The notes below the pieces were generated by a model, which saw only the letters and a list, made by a program, of their open reading frames with translations, made no database searches and was not told the DNA's origin. This document shows positions 13,049 through 25,092 of a stretch of 64,000 nt of DNA, piece by piece. Origin of the DNA: Eledone cirrhosa (Eukaryota); NCBI GenBank assembly GCA_964016885.1, contig OZ024740.1, positions 245,520,001 to 245,584,000 of the forward strand, written 5' to 3'. The position numbers and the translations under genes were made by a program. Numbering within the stretch: position 1 is the stretch's first letter; each line of letters starts with the position of its first letter.

Positions 13049-13394
13049 AAGGCACATGGCTTAGTGGTTAGAGCATTGGCTTTGCAATCGAAAGGTTGTG
13101 AGTTCAATTCTCAGACCGGGTGATGTGTTGTTTCCTTGAGCAAGACACTTTATTTCACATTGCTCCAGTTTACTCAGCTGTAGAAATGAGATGATAGGGA
13201 CTGGGGTCCATATCATTCCACTGCAAAGTGGTCGTGGAGGTGCCACGGCAAAAAAGCACCCAGCACTCACTGTAAATGAGGTTGGTGTTAGAAGGGCATC
13301 CAGCTGTAGAAATCAAGCCAGAATCAGTTCCCGTCCCACCCTTGCAAGCAGGGAAAAAGCGGACGTAAAATGAATGATGATGATGATGATGATG
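13049..13394 (+). mobile_element. Full-length tRNA-derived SINE (family 1) with RTE-derived tail
   Basis: A box TGGCTTAGTGG, B box GAGTTCAATTC, CORE-like segment, hairpin module, tail matching RTE family B, (GAT)n; TSD AAAACTG (13042-13048/13395-13401). Confidence 0.9.
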
Positions 13395-13584
13395 AAAACT
13401 GCACATCTAAACAGAAATGTAAGGTTCAATGTTTAGAGTGAGCAGACATCATCATCATTGTCACCCATCAGAAGCCAATATATATTTGATAAAAATGTTA
13501 TTGTGATATATAAAAATCAATGTATGTATGCATGCTCCAGTTTGTAAATCACAGTTTTGAATCTAGGCAGCAAGGGCAGTACAT

Positions 13585-14210
13585 CTGTGGCTAGTGAGGG
13601 CAGTACAAGCCATGTATAGAGGAACAGTCAGCAAGATTAGAATTAACAATGACTATAATGAAGAATTTAGCATGCAGGTAGGAGTCCATCAGGGCTCCGT
13701 TCTTAGCCCTCTCATGTTTATCATCCTGCAGACTAACATAAGAGTTTAAAACTGGCTGCCATGGGAACTTCTGTATGCAGATGATCTAACCCTTGGAGCT
13801 GAATCTATGGCAGAATTAGAGAAGAAACTGACCAAGAATTAAAGGTTCTTAAAGTCAACTTGACAAAGATTAAAGCCCAAGTATTTAGAAAAGAAAAAAC
13901 AGGGCCTAGATTTCCTCAGGGAAATGGCCTTGCTCAGTTTGCAGGAAAGGAGTAGGTAGAAATTCCATCCTATGTCCTAAATGCAAACTATGAGTACACA
14001 AGAGATGTAGTGGGATCTCAGGCAGGCTAGCAAAAAACATAGGTTTTATATGTGGTCCATGCACAGGTGCAGTAAACAGCAAGCGCTCACAGGATACTAA
14101 CTCCTTTAAATGCCCAGAGGCTCTGTAGAATTGATAGTTTCTGTTACTTGGGTGACCAAATTAGCAGTGGAAATGGGTGTTTTGAAAGTACAGTAGCTGG
14201 AGTGAGATTG
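13585..14210 (+). mobile_element. Degenerate internal RTE family A fragment (RT/PHD)
   Basis: DNA similarity to 3630-4270 (GVHQGSVLSPL, YADD, GKWPCSVC). Confidence 0.85.
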
Positions 14211-14307
14211 GACTCTCATAATCTATTTATTTTCATGAAGAAATATCTTGTAGATAAAGTCAGGCTAACAACATATAGACAAAGTAAACAATAGAAATGA
14301 GTCTTAC

Positions 14308-14374
14308 ATTCTTTTGAAAATATCTTTTTCCTCTTTTCTAATGGTGAATCATCTTCAATGTCTTCATCATCAAA
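14308..14374 (-). CDS. TAF13: TAF13 coding exon 2
   Basis: FDDEDIEDDSPLEKRKKIFSKE plus 1 nt; CAG acceptor 14375-14377, GTAAG donor; 67 nt. Confidence 0.93.
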
Positions 14375-15515
14375 CTGTCAATAAAAAATAATTCATAAAT
14401 ATATGTAAGGTGGTTGGTGTCAGGAAACGCACTCCACCATAGAAACCATGCCTAAAAAGGGTTGAAAGGACTCTACAGTTGTGCCACGGCATGAGAACCT
14501 CTCTAGTGTTGATAATCTACAATGTAGATTCTACATGATAAATGCACCCAATAAATGCCGTAAAGTGGTTGGTGGTGGGAAGAGCATCTAGCTGTAGAAA
14601 GCTTGCCAAACAAAGGCTTGGGAGGACCATACAGTTACGTAAAAGACATGACAACCCTTCTTGTGCTGGTAAAACATGAGACTGTACATAAGCGTGAATA
14701 AAAAGAGGACGTACGCATAAAACTGTCATTGTCATAATCTTTTAACGTCCATGTTCCTCGCTAGCATGGGTAGGACGGATTGACCGTTAGGGAAAGAATC
14801 AGGCATGTTTAGCTCACCCAGCTCTCTTATTTATAATATTGAAACTTCGGTTGATATCTTATCAAGAAAATCCTAAGGAATACAAATCGCAGAGGGCTTT
14901 ACATGTTTACAAAAAAAAAGTCGGCGGATATATGATCAACCAACTTTCATTAATTGAATAATATATATACATACACACACGCACATGTATATTATATAAT
15001 CATCATCACCGTTTTACGTCCATTTTTCCACACTAGCATGGGTTAGACAAGTTCTCCTGTTGTGGGCAATGCTAGGTCAGGTGACCATATCTTGCTCATA
15101 CTGGACTGATTTTTGCTTGGTTTCTACAGCTGGATGCCCTTCCTGACGCCAACCTCATTTACAGTGAGTGCTGGGTGCTTTTTGTCGGATACTCACAACA
15201 GAGTTGACACCGCTGAAGATACTGAAGGTTAAGTGTTAACTGGGTGGCGGATTATGTCTAATATCGAAGTAAACCATGTCGGGATTTTAAGTCAGAAGCG
15301 AAATGCCGGAACAAACGCGCAAACAATTCATCCCAGACACTGCCCTGGCCTAGTACTTTATTTTATTGAAACTGAGAATGAAAGAGCGCAGGCAACCGGA
15401 ACAAAGACCACGAGGTATTTTATCCTAGAGACTAACGACTCTATTAATTCGCCTTAATTGGCATATACCCCATCAAAAAGGAATACACACCACTTGTATA
15501 ACATAATATATATGA

Positions 15516-15524
<9 letters not shown>

Positions 15525-15580
<56 letters not shown>

Positions 15581-15592
15581 CATATATATATA
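15525..15592. repeat. (TA)n microsatellite in TAF13 intron 1
   Basis: Directly visible; one of many (TA)n tracts (e.g. 33031-33092, 50365-50429, 57140-57235). Confidence 0.95.
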
Positions 15593-15693
15593 TAGAGAGA
15601 GAGATGAACAATTATACAGCAATAATCACATACAATATATATTAATAAATATATATACACACAGCTGTTTTACTATAAACAATATGTACACAC

Positions 15694-15717
15694 CTGATCT
15701 TTGTCCGACTCAGCCAT
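15694..15717 (-). CDS. TAF13: TAF13 coding exon 1
   Basis: aaaATGG context, MAESDKDQ, CAG|GTGTGT donor; phase 0 joins exon 2 to give a 121-aa protein. Confidence 0.8.
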
Positions 15718-16450
15718 TTTGTTAATAGTAATATAGCAAACGAATCGAAATTGTTTTTAATATATTAACTAAAAACTAATTCAAGTAAATTAATACACGT
15801 AAAAACCACGAAAAGGGCCATACAAAACTACTTTATTCAAAACTAATCTGTTAGACAAATAAAATTCTTTAAATATTTTATATTCACAATTCGTTTACTA
15901 ATTCCAATATAAGTTTTTATTGTACCTATATCCCATCATGCCACAGTGTTATTAATCGTAAGTTGTATGTATATCTGTCATTTATTCCTTATTTTGATTT
16001 TGTTCTTTAAAACATTTCATATGTTTAATGATACTTCTAATGACCCGTTCCTCTCCTTCACATCTCTTTTTTTGAATACCTCACACTTCCTTTAATTCAT
16101 TATGTAATCAATAGCGATTGACACACGACACCATAAATGTGTTAGGGTGGAAGAGAATGAAAGTCCGTGAAGTTCATGCTTGTCTCAAGATCTTACTATA
16201 TAAGTAAAGATGTGTTCAACTGGGAATTGAATGTTTGCGCGCGCACGAGAGAGAGAGTGTGTGTGTCCAGTGGTGGAAGAGGACAACTGGTTTTGATTTT
16301 CTGGCGAATGATTTTTACTTGTTAGTAAAGTTAGGGATTTGTTTCGCAAGGTTGTCTTCTACTACCCGACGTTTTCAGCAACTCACTATATATAATATAT
16401 AGTTTCTTTGGCCTAATTAGTGTCAAGGGGTGTCTGTAATGTACCATTAC
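15718..16450. promoter_or_regulatory. Probable divergent promoter region of TAF13 and TIPRL
   Basis: Stretch without recognisable TEs between the head-to-head genes; TATATAAG at 16197, palindrome TGCGCGCGCA near 16236. Function is inferred from position. Confidence 0.45.
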
Positions 16451-16619
16451 AAAATCTGTGAGACTAAATATGTGCCTATTTGTATTTTTCTGCTCATTGT
16501 CACTAAACTCGTCTCGTTTCTAGAAACATCGAGACCAGGCGGGGGGGGGGGGGGGCTGGCATAGGCCTTACGGGTTTTTTTGGGGGGCGGGGGGGCATCA
16601 TTAAAACTTAAGCTCTTTC

Positions 16620-16800
16620 TTGGCAGTATCGGTAGAGGGTCGGACGCCATGCTTTGACGCATAGAGTTACGGCCCTTGCCATTCTGAGTCCAAATCCCGC
16701 CGAGGTTGACTTTGCCTTTCATCCTTACGGGGTCGATAAAATAAAGTACCAGTAATACACTGGTTAATTGCTGGCCTTGTGCCTAAAGTAGAAACAATTA
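16620..16800 (+). mobile_element. tRNA-derived SINE (family 2)
   Basis: TGGCAGTATCGGTAGAG ... CAAATCCCGCCGAGGTTGACTTTGCCTTTCATCC ... GTAGAAACAATTA. Confidence 0.85.
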
Positions 16801-16836
16801 TTTTACCTTTAAATACATTCATGTACATAATATATG

Positions 16837-17930
16837 CGAGGTATACTCAAGAAGTTTTGAGACTTTTTCTTAACAGGCACTTTTAATTGAAATACGTTAT
16901 TATTACTCTTGATATGGTTATAAGCTAACATGCCAAATCTTTTTTTTCCCAGGCCGAAGGTTTGGACAATTACAGCACTTTAAACACTGCCTGTCATTAC
17001 ACGTCTTGTCACAGCTGACTGGTTCCACAATGCAGTCGAGACATGAGGACAACTTGGAGGCTCGATATGCAATAAAGTTTTGTGTCAAGCTTGGCAAAAA
17101 CGCTTCAGAAACCTATGAAATCAAAACTACTTATGGACTAACTTCCATGAGCTGGGCAGCTGTTTTCCACTGGCACGAGAGGTTCCAGGATGGCAGGGAC
17201 CAGGTGAAGAATGAAGAGAGGTATGGCAGGGAGAAGGACATCAGGACGTTAAAGGCAGTGGACAAAATTCGTGAATTTCTGGATGAGGACTGTCGTGTAT
17301 CTCTTCTGACAAAGTTTGTTCCCAGAGTGCTCAATGAAGATCAAAAGCAAAGGCGCGTTGATGACAGCAGGGAGATGGTCGAGTGGATCGCTTCAAATGC
17401 AAGTGTCCGTGAGTCTGGTAACCTGTGACGAGAGCTGGATTTACTGTTATGATCCAAAGACCAAGAGACTGATTGCCTGGTGGCAACATTGTGACTCCCC
17501 AACACCCAAGAAGGCCAGGCAAAGCAGGTCCACTGGTAAGCTCATGATGATCCTATTCTTCGACAGTAAGGGCATCATCTACACCCCATGGCCAGACTGT
17601 CAATATGTAGAGGATTTGAGTCAGTTCTGAAAGAGATTTCATCGCAAGAGACCAGAATTCTTCAAGTCTGGTCAGTGGCATCTGCACCAGGACAATGCCC
17701 CCTGCCACAAATCCATCCTGCTGACCAACTACTTGGCTGATATGGGGATCAAGAATGTCCCTCATTCTCCCTACAGTCCAGACTTAGCCCTTTGCAACTT
17801 CTGGATGTTTCCAAAGCTGAAGGATGTTGAGGAGATGGTGACTGTGACAAGCGCCCTGGACACCTTCACTTTGGAGGACTACAAGGGAACCTTCCAACAG
17901 TGGCTGGAGCGTTACAAGTGCATTGAAGTT
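16837..17930 (+). mobile_element. Decayed mariner transposon
   Basis: CGAGG-type left end; RYAIKFCVKLGKNASET, FVPRVL (WVPxxL motif), TCDESW, HQDNA, YSPDLA. Frameshifted; right TIR not found. Confidence 0.9.
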
Positions 17931-18542
17931 TGGATAGTAGACTCAATCACCCTGCCCTGTTTTTTTTTTATTAGCATCACCTGGCCCTTAGCAGAGCTCC
18001 CCCTGTTGCAAGCTTTTGGGTCTCCAGTTTGAGGATACCTTCATCCTTCACTACTAGTATTAGAGGTACTGAAAAGGGGCCATGGGCACTGCCCTTCCTT
18101 CCCTGACAAAAGTGTAAAAAATAAATGTGATTGAATGAAATATTTGAGTTAGATTTATCATTTTATGTCCATTTTTCCAAGCTTGCTTAGAGCTTATCCC
18201 AATTTCATGGGTGTTAAGTGACTGAGAACCAGTTCATCACAGGGCTAACCTCCAGCTGCTGTTTATACTTATTTTCAGCTAAGCCAGAGCATCATAAAAA
18301 TGAAGCATCTTGCTCAAGGACACAATACATCACTCAGTCACAGAATCAAACCCACAACCTTATGATTATGAATCCAACACCCTAACTACTATGCCACATA
18401 CCTTCACTAACAAAAAAGTAAACACCTAATACAATCTGATTGAACAAACTAATTAGTAAACTTAGCAAAACTAACTCATAATTTTATTTTTGATAATTTA
18501 CAGGAATAAATTTTTCTGGATTTTAACTAGTGCAACATTTTT

Positions 18543-18664
18543 ATGAATACAATGGAAATAACTGCTAAGAAAAAAATGAAAAAGGAAGTTTATAATTTTG
18601 GTTGTTGGACTTTAACTGCTTCTGAGAGCCACATTCTAGAATCTGAAGGACATGACAGAGAATG
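18543..18664 (+). CDS. TIPRL: TIP41-like protein (TIPRL), coding exon 1
   Basis: MNTMEITAKKKMKKEVYNFGCWTLTASESHILESEGHDRE (FGxWxLTASxxHI motif); GTAAGT donor. Acceptor-like TTTACAG ending at 18503 implies an upstream non-coding exon. Start could instead be the ATG at 18552. Confidence 0.88.
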
Positions 18665-19158
18665 GTAAGTATGTCTTAGAATTATTTCTATTTGTAAATG
18701 GGTAGACAAACTATTGTAATTGTGATGTTACATCTACTTTCCTTGCTGGCATGGGTTGAACAAGTAATCATGAACGGAGGACCATGTCATGCTTGTAATT
18801 CCCATCTTTGGCATGGTTTTTATAGTTTGATGCACTTTCTACAGTTTTCCTGGTCTCCTTACAAGACTAGAGGGTCCCCTCTACACTATATTGTTTATGT
18901 TCTTTCAAGGCAAATGTGACTAGTAAAGGAATGAAAAGAGAATTATGACCAACAAAATGAACAGAGAAAGAAAGCATGAGTGTGATGGAGGAAATAGAGT
19001 GAGAGGATTATGGGGATGGAGTAAGAGAAGAGAAATAGTGATAGATACATGTTGGTTAAAAGATTGAACATGAAACAGTATGAGCAGTGTGGTGAGGTAG
19101 TAATAAAGACAGGTGATGGTGTTTATATAGAGTTGTATTACATTATATCTTTTTACAA

Positions 19159-19350
19159 GGGCGGTGGATTGGCAGTATCAGTAGAGGGTCGGACACCATG
19201 CTTTGCAGCAAAGAGCTACGGCCCTTTATGGTCTGAGTTCAAATCCCGCCGAGGTTAACTTTGCCTTTCATCCTTACAGGGTCGATAAAATAAAGTACCA
19301 GTAATACACTGGGATAATTGCTGACCTTGTGCCAAAAGTAGAAACAATTA
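19159..19350 (+). mobile_element. tRNA-derived SINE (family 2)
   Basis: Same sequence family as 16620-16800. Confidence 0.85.
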
Positions 19351-19878
19351 TATCTTTTTACATTCTAAGTTCAAATCCTGCCAGGGTTGATAAAATAAAA
19401 TACTAGTCAAGGTACTGAGGCTGATAGTATCGACTGTTCCCATCTCCCAAGATTTATGATCTTGAGCTTATAGGGCAAACTAGTTTGTGCTATTTATTTT
19501 GGTTCTTCACTCTGATCCTGCAGAGATCAGCTTCGCGTTTCATCCTTTCAAGATCAATAAGCTAAAGTACCTGTCCAAGGCAGTGACTTAGCAGAATTGT
19601 TAGAATGTTGGAGAAGATGACTTGTAGTTTTTGTCCTGGTACTTTGTGTTGAGTTCTAATTTCACAGTAGTTTATTTGGGTGGGAGACTTTGGTACTTTT
19701 AGCAGAACCCACTCTCTTACAAGCATTTAGGTCAACTCTCTGGTTTAAGGATACCTTCTTCCCACCCTCCAGCCAGTCTGGGTTCCTGAGAAGGATAATG
19801 GGAATTAGTCTAGCCTCTGATTAAATATATATATATATAAAAACGTATGAATTATCAAAGCATTGGGAGTGTTTGAAA

Positions 19879-20063
19879 TTTGAAAATGTGAGTCCCAAAT
19901 ACAGAAAATACTGTAATAACAGGTGATCACTATAGATAATAGTTTAGAAAATTGAGTGACTTTATCCACTTTTTTCCATTTCTAAGGGTAGTTTACCCAA
20001 TTTTCTCAACTATTATCTATTATTACAGTTTTTATTTGCATTAGGGATTCTCATATTTTCAAA
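19879..20063. mobile_element. Old MITE-like foldback
   Basis: Imperfect ~65-bp inverted arms TTTGAAAATGTGAG...ATAGATAATAGTT / AACTATTATCTAT...CTCATATTTTCAAA. Confidence 0.55.
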
Positions 20064-20319
20064 TACATTAAAAAAATTTAGTTAGGGATTTTCTATGCTA
20101 TCATCATCATTTTACATCTGCTGTTCCATGCTCACATTGGTTGGACTGGCCTATTTCAGCACAACATCTCTTCATTCATCAAGTTCCTTTGTCATCTCTG
20201 CTATGAGCTTCAGTGATTTGAGATCAGCTCTCACCATTTCCACCCAGGTCTTACTCTTAGCTCTTTTGATTCTAAGTTCTGTTCCTACAGCTGGAATTTT
20301 TCTAGTTCTGCCACAGATC

Positions 20320-20930
20320 ATCAACATAAAGAAGTTTCCATGGACAGCCAGTTTTAAACTCCTCTGTTATGGCCTGTAAGCAGAGGCGGGCTGCAGACTG
20401 AACCCTGTTGAACTCCTACCTGCACCTTGAATTCCACACTAAACTCATTTCCTACTCTCACATTACTGACAGCTCCGTTGTACTGCCCTTACAAACCACT
20501 CTTCTACCCTAGTTTCCTTAAGGACCACCAGATGACAGATTTTGATACTCTGTTACAGGCTTTCTCCAGATCAACAAAAGCTAGATATAGTGGCTTACTC
20601 TTAGGTAGAAACTTGTCTTGTAGTTGTCTCACTAAAAAGAGGGCATCTGTGGTATTCCTCCGTGACACAAAACCAAATTGCATCTCATCTAATTTGATTC
20701 TTTCACTAATTAGGTGTGCTAGAACTCTTTCTGTCACTTTTATAACTTGGTTTATTCTTTTAAATTCCCTTGTAATTGTTCCTTTCTAAGGCATCACCTT
20801 TTCTTTTATAGCAATTAATAAGTATACTGCTGTGCTAGTCATTAGGTATGACTCTGTATGTATTATCTGATTGACTATGCAGGTGATTACTTCAGCTCTT
20901 ATTTTTTCAGATGTTTTCAGCATCTCAGTG
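20320..20930 (-). mobile_element. RTE family A RT fragment
   Basis: ORF 20504-20737: DEMQFGF...TTDALFLVRQLQ..AFVDLEKA. Confidence 0.85.
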
Positions 20931-20989
20931 ACTATCTCAGACTGTTCAGCAGCTTTAAATTCAGTTTTTTGTTATTTCTTGATTTGTAG

Positions 20990-21169
20990 CTATGAAAAAG
21001 AATTATCTCTGCCACAGTTACCAGAAATGGTGTTTGCTGATAATATTCTCAGATTGGAACACACTGATGGTTTTGGATTAGAATTTAATGCTCTGGATGC
21101 TTTAAAGCATGTTGATGCTGAACATGATCTGCTTCAGGTTGCTGCATCCCAAGTTTGGAAAAATGCAAG
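20990..21169 (+). CDS. TIPRL: TIPRL coding exon 2
   Basis: YEKELSLPQLPEMVFADNILRLEHTDGFGLEFNALDALKHV...WKNAR; TAG acceptor, GTATAG donor; 180 nt. Confidence 0.96.
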
Positions 21170-21399
21170 GTATAGATATACGTGTTTATTTTATTTTATT
21201 TTATTTATTAACCATTGCATATGTATCCAGTTCAGAATAGGTGCATCCTATCCTTGCATGTCATAAGAAACAACTAAAAGGGTTACTGTCAGTTGTAAAA
21301 CATTGCCCCAAAAATCCCATCCAACCCATGGCAATTCAATCCCACTGAATGGTACCTTACCTTGAGCATTTGTCTTCTATTATAACCACAAGTTGAAGA

Positions 21400-22152
21400 A
21401 ATGGACCCTACATGCTCCGCTGGATGTGTAATAGTAATATACACAAACAACAAAGCATACACTAGGCATAAGTGGGATCAGATGCAGTGTACAGGAGAGA
21501 AGATTGCATTGGTATGGACATGTGATGTGTATGATGGATAGCAACTGTATAAAAAGGTGCAGAGTGCTCAAAGTTGATGGAAACTATAGAGTGAGAAGAC
21601 ATAGGAAGACTTGGGATGAGATGATAAAAGCTGACCTTGCACAATTGCACCTCTCAAAGGCAATGACGCAAAACCGAGATTTCTGGCATTATTTAGTAAT
21701 ACAGAAGACCTGCCTTTCCATGAGCACAGGCTTATGCATACATCTAGTATGCATCACCTGCATCTCCATCCTTCTTTCCATACACCTCAGATGTCCTAAC
21801 ACTCTGCCCCTCACACTTACTCCTATACCTACCTCCACAATCCCCACACACCTCCACCATCAAAGTCCCCAGTCCACACTATAAAGTGGTCATTTTGCTG
21901 CCACGACAAAAAGCCCACACTGTAAAGTGGTCCTGTTGTTATGACAAAAAGAACCCAGCCCACACTGTAAAGTGGTCACAACAAAAAGCACCCACCATAC
22001 GCTGTAAATGTGGTTGGCGTTAGGAAGGGCATCCAGCTGTAGAAAGCAAGCTAGAAACATTTCTGTGTGAGCAAGACACAGTCACTTGACCCACCTCGCC
22101 TCAAATAGGACAATTTGTCTAACACATGTTAGCATGGAAAATGGATGTTAAA
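21400..22152 (+). mobile_element. RTE family A 3' fragment
   Basis: WYGHV...KTWDEMIKADL and hairpin-module 3'UTR. Confidence 0.8.
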
Positions 22153-22551
22153 TCGACCCCATTGCATTACTGTTACGTTATTTTATCGACCCTATAAGGA
22201 TGAAAGGGGTGTTTTACATCCTATGGGGAAGTGGACATAAAAACAATGATGATGATTGCTACTAGTTCTACTATTTCTACTTGCTAAACCCCATAATATG
22301 GTGATAACTTTTCAGTGCAGTCAGTTGAGATTCTCACAGACACACACACACACACATATATATATAGTATAAAAAAACGAAAAATCAGTGATGCATCTTG
22401 AGTGCTAATTTTGGCATACCGCCTATGGAAGCACCATAGCTACCATTATACACACGTATATATATATATATATAACGGAAGAAATGTGGTAAGGAACCAG
22501 GTGGACCATAACGCACCAAAGTACTCAATACTTAGGGTAGTAGAGTGGGTA

Positions 22552-22668
22552 ATAGGAACGAGTAGGACCCCGAAGGCTGAGCTCAAGCCGTTTTGACGAC
22601 TAATTCTGGACCAGAATTAGCCGTCGAAACGGCTTGAGCTCAGCCGTCGGGGTCCTACTCGTTCCTAT
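22552..22668. repeat. Near-perfect palindrome with 58-bp arms
   Basis: 22552-22609 is the reverse complement of 22611-22668 with 3 differences and a 1-nt centre. Confidence 0.95.
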
Positions 22669-22722
22669 ATATATATATATATAAATGTATATATAGTGTA
22701 TTTTGCAATACACTGTATGCTT

Positions 22723-23109
22723 AATTAAAAGCATTTTGAAGACCTTACGCTATTGTTTTAGAGTAGTGACTGTCTCACTTACTTCAATTTTCAGCAAACA
22801 GGGGAGATAAATACACTATATATACATTCATATATATATCGCTATTTCAGAGCACCAATTCTAATTTTCAATTTCTGCTTGACCGACAACCGCTCTGTAT
22901 AATCAGTTCCTGATTATTACTAGAATTCTATAAGAATCAAACATTCATAATTTTCAGCAAACAGGAGGAGTACTTAGCTTTAATAAGCACCAAAGAGTGC
23001 GAAACAGAGCTCTGTCAACTTTATTTCCCCTGTTTGCTGAAAATTGAAGTAAGTGAGACTGTCACTACTCTAAAACAATAGCGTAAGGTCTTCGAAATGC
23101 TTTTAATTG
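22723..23109. repeat. ~89-bp inverted repeat with ~210-bp spacer
   Basis: ~22723-22811 vs ~23021-23109, 3 differences. Confidence 0.9.
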
Positions 23110-23338
23110 TGACACCTACACAACCACTTTATAGTGTGGGCTTACACAACCACTTTACAGTGTGGGCTGGGCACTTTTTGTCATGTCACCATCACGACCG
23201 CTTTACAATGGCCTGGGGGCTTCACTAGATGTATGCTTCAGCCTGTCCTCGTGGGAGGTGTATGGAAGAGTGGGGTTGGGTGGGGTGGAGTTGAGGGTGG
23301 TGCATACTATATGTATGCTTCAGCTTCATATATGTATA

Positions 23339-23458
23339 AGTTCATATAGGAATAACTTCTGCAGGACTAGAACTGTTTTATTTGAAATCAAGAATGTCCT
23401 CATGATTTCAAATGAATGAAATTGTTCTAGTCCCACAGAAGTCATTTCTATATGAACT
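23339..23458. mobile_element. MITE-like foldback
   Basis: AGTTCATATAG...GGACTAGAAC...TTTGAAATCA / TGATTTCAAA...GTTCTAGTCC...CTATATGAACT. Confidence 0.65.
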
Positions 23459-24204
23459 AAATATGTATCTTCTCTACTAATTTATTAAGTCCCTTATTTA
23501 AATGTTGTTTCATCCCAATGCTTTTCAGAAAACCATCTTAATTATATATATATTAAGCAGAGTCATTAGAACATCGGGTAGTGTGATTGGCAGTATTCAT
23601 TCTGGTTCTCTGTTCTCTGAGTTCATATCCTGTCACGGTCAACTTTGCCTTTTATCCTTTTGAGGTCAATGAAAAAAGTGTAAGTCTAGTACTAAGGTTG
23701 ATTCTTCCTCTGTCTTTTTCTCAATTCCTCTCTCACTTTCTATCCTTCTCTGGAAGAAATCTGCTGTGTTCAGTCATGGAGAGGGATGGGCTCCACCAAG
23801 TTTAAAATGCCCAAGAAACGCTATATGCCACTACTGTGCACCTATGACTCCAACAGGAGTTACAGGACCATACCATACCATACTATATACATACATTAAT
23901 AATACAATATGAAAGCTAGATTTCATAACTTCTCTAATTATGCAATTAACTATGATATATATTTCTGTGGGGTCCTACATATTGCCTGCATACATTTTAT
24001 TGTGGCACCAACACTAGAGACGTTGTCGTATCTTTGACACAGCTCATTAGTCATCCCGACCCTTTGTTTTGCAGGTTTCTATGGTTGGACACCCTTCCTA
24101 TCAATTACACTTGAGGTGTTGTCATGACTTTGACACAACTGAAGAGTCCTCCATAGATGTCAAGCGTCCACACAATCATAAAAGTACAATATAAACAATA
24201 CATA

Positions 24205-24515
24205 CAGTGTCTGCCAATAAAATGTATACACACTTCAAGAAAAGATATATTTTCTAGGGCACTTTTTAAACCTGGTGGAGCCCATATCCTCTCCACATCT
24301 GGATACAGATTTCTTCAAGAGAAGGATAGAGTGGGAGAATAGAAGAATCGACCCCAGTACTAGACTGGTACTTTTTCATCGACCTTAAATGAATGAAAGG
24401 CAAAGTTGACCTCCATATATATAGAGACAGAGAGGTATTTAAGCAAGTTAAATATTTATATAAGTTTTTCTTTTTCTGAAATGTGTATACATGTACATTT
24501 TTTTGGCAGACCCTG
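24205..24515. mobile_element. Tc1/mariner-type MITE
   Basis: TA|CAGTGTCTGCCAATAAAATGTATACACACTT ... TTTTTTGGCAGACCCTG|TA; related to 36551-36626. Confidence 0.65.
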
Positions 24516-24986
24516 TATATAAAAGAGTGCTGTAGTTTACTTGAAGCATTGTGGAAAGTGTAGAAAATAGTGTGTTTTTTTAGGGCTACAGCAATGCAAA
24601 TGATATTAAATAACATTGATAAAGTTATTGAAATATTACCTTGGAGGCTTTTAATTAGTCTTTAATATTTTAGGATAAAATTCCTTAATCAAAAGAAGAG
24701 TTAGGAAAACTAAATCAGAGCAGGATACCTTGGTTTGTTTGACAGTTTTGAATCTTAAAGTGGTCATTTTTTTTTTCAATGCATGGTGACTGGATTATGT
24801 GATATGTAATCATGTGAGGATCACATGATATCAAGTGTGAATCTCTTATATTTGTCTATAGCTTAATTTTATTACTTATTTGTTAAATATCACTCTCTGA
24901 AGCAATTGTAAATATTTTGTAATTCAGATTAATTTTCATGATCTTGTATCTGTAGAATTTTCAAAATAAATGATTTTTCTCTCTAG

Positions 24987-25092
24987 ATCTGATTGCGAGT
25001 ACATCAAACAGGCACTGAAACCTTTTGACTGGACATTCACTACTGATTACAAAGGATCTCTTTTCTCAAAAGACAGTGATTTATCAATTAAA
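24987..25092 (+). CDS. TIPRL: TIPRL coding exon 3
   Basis: SDCEYIKQALKPFDWTFTTDYKGSLFSKDSDLSIK (KPxDWTxTTDYKG signature); TAG acceptor, GTAAGT donor; 106 nt. Confidence 0.96.

Noticed and set aside
13049-13125. tRNA gene
   Set aside because: A/B boxes are present, but the sequence continues into a SINE body with tail and TSD; the same applies at 46501 and 61713.
15208-15285. Hammerhead from CTGAAGA at ~15213
   Set aside because: GAAG instead of GAAA, and the stems do not close.
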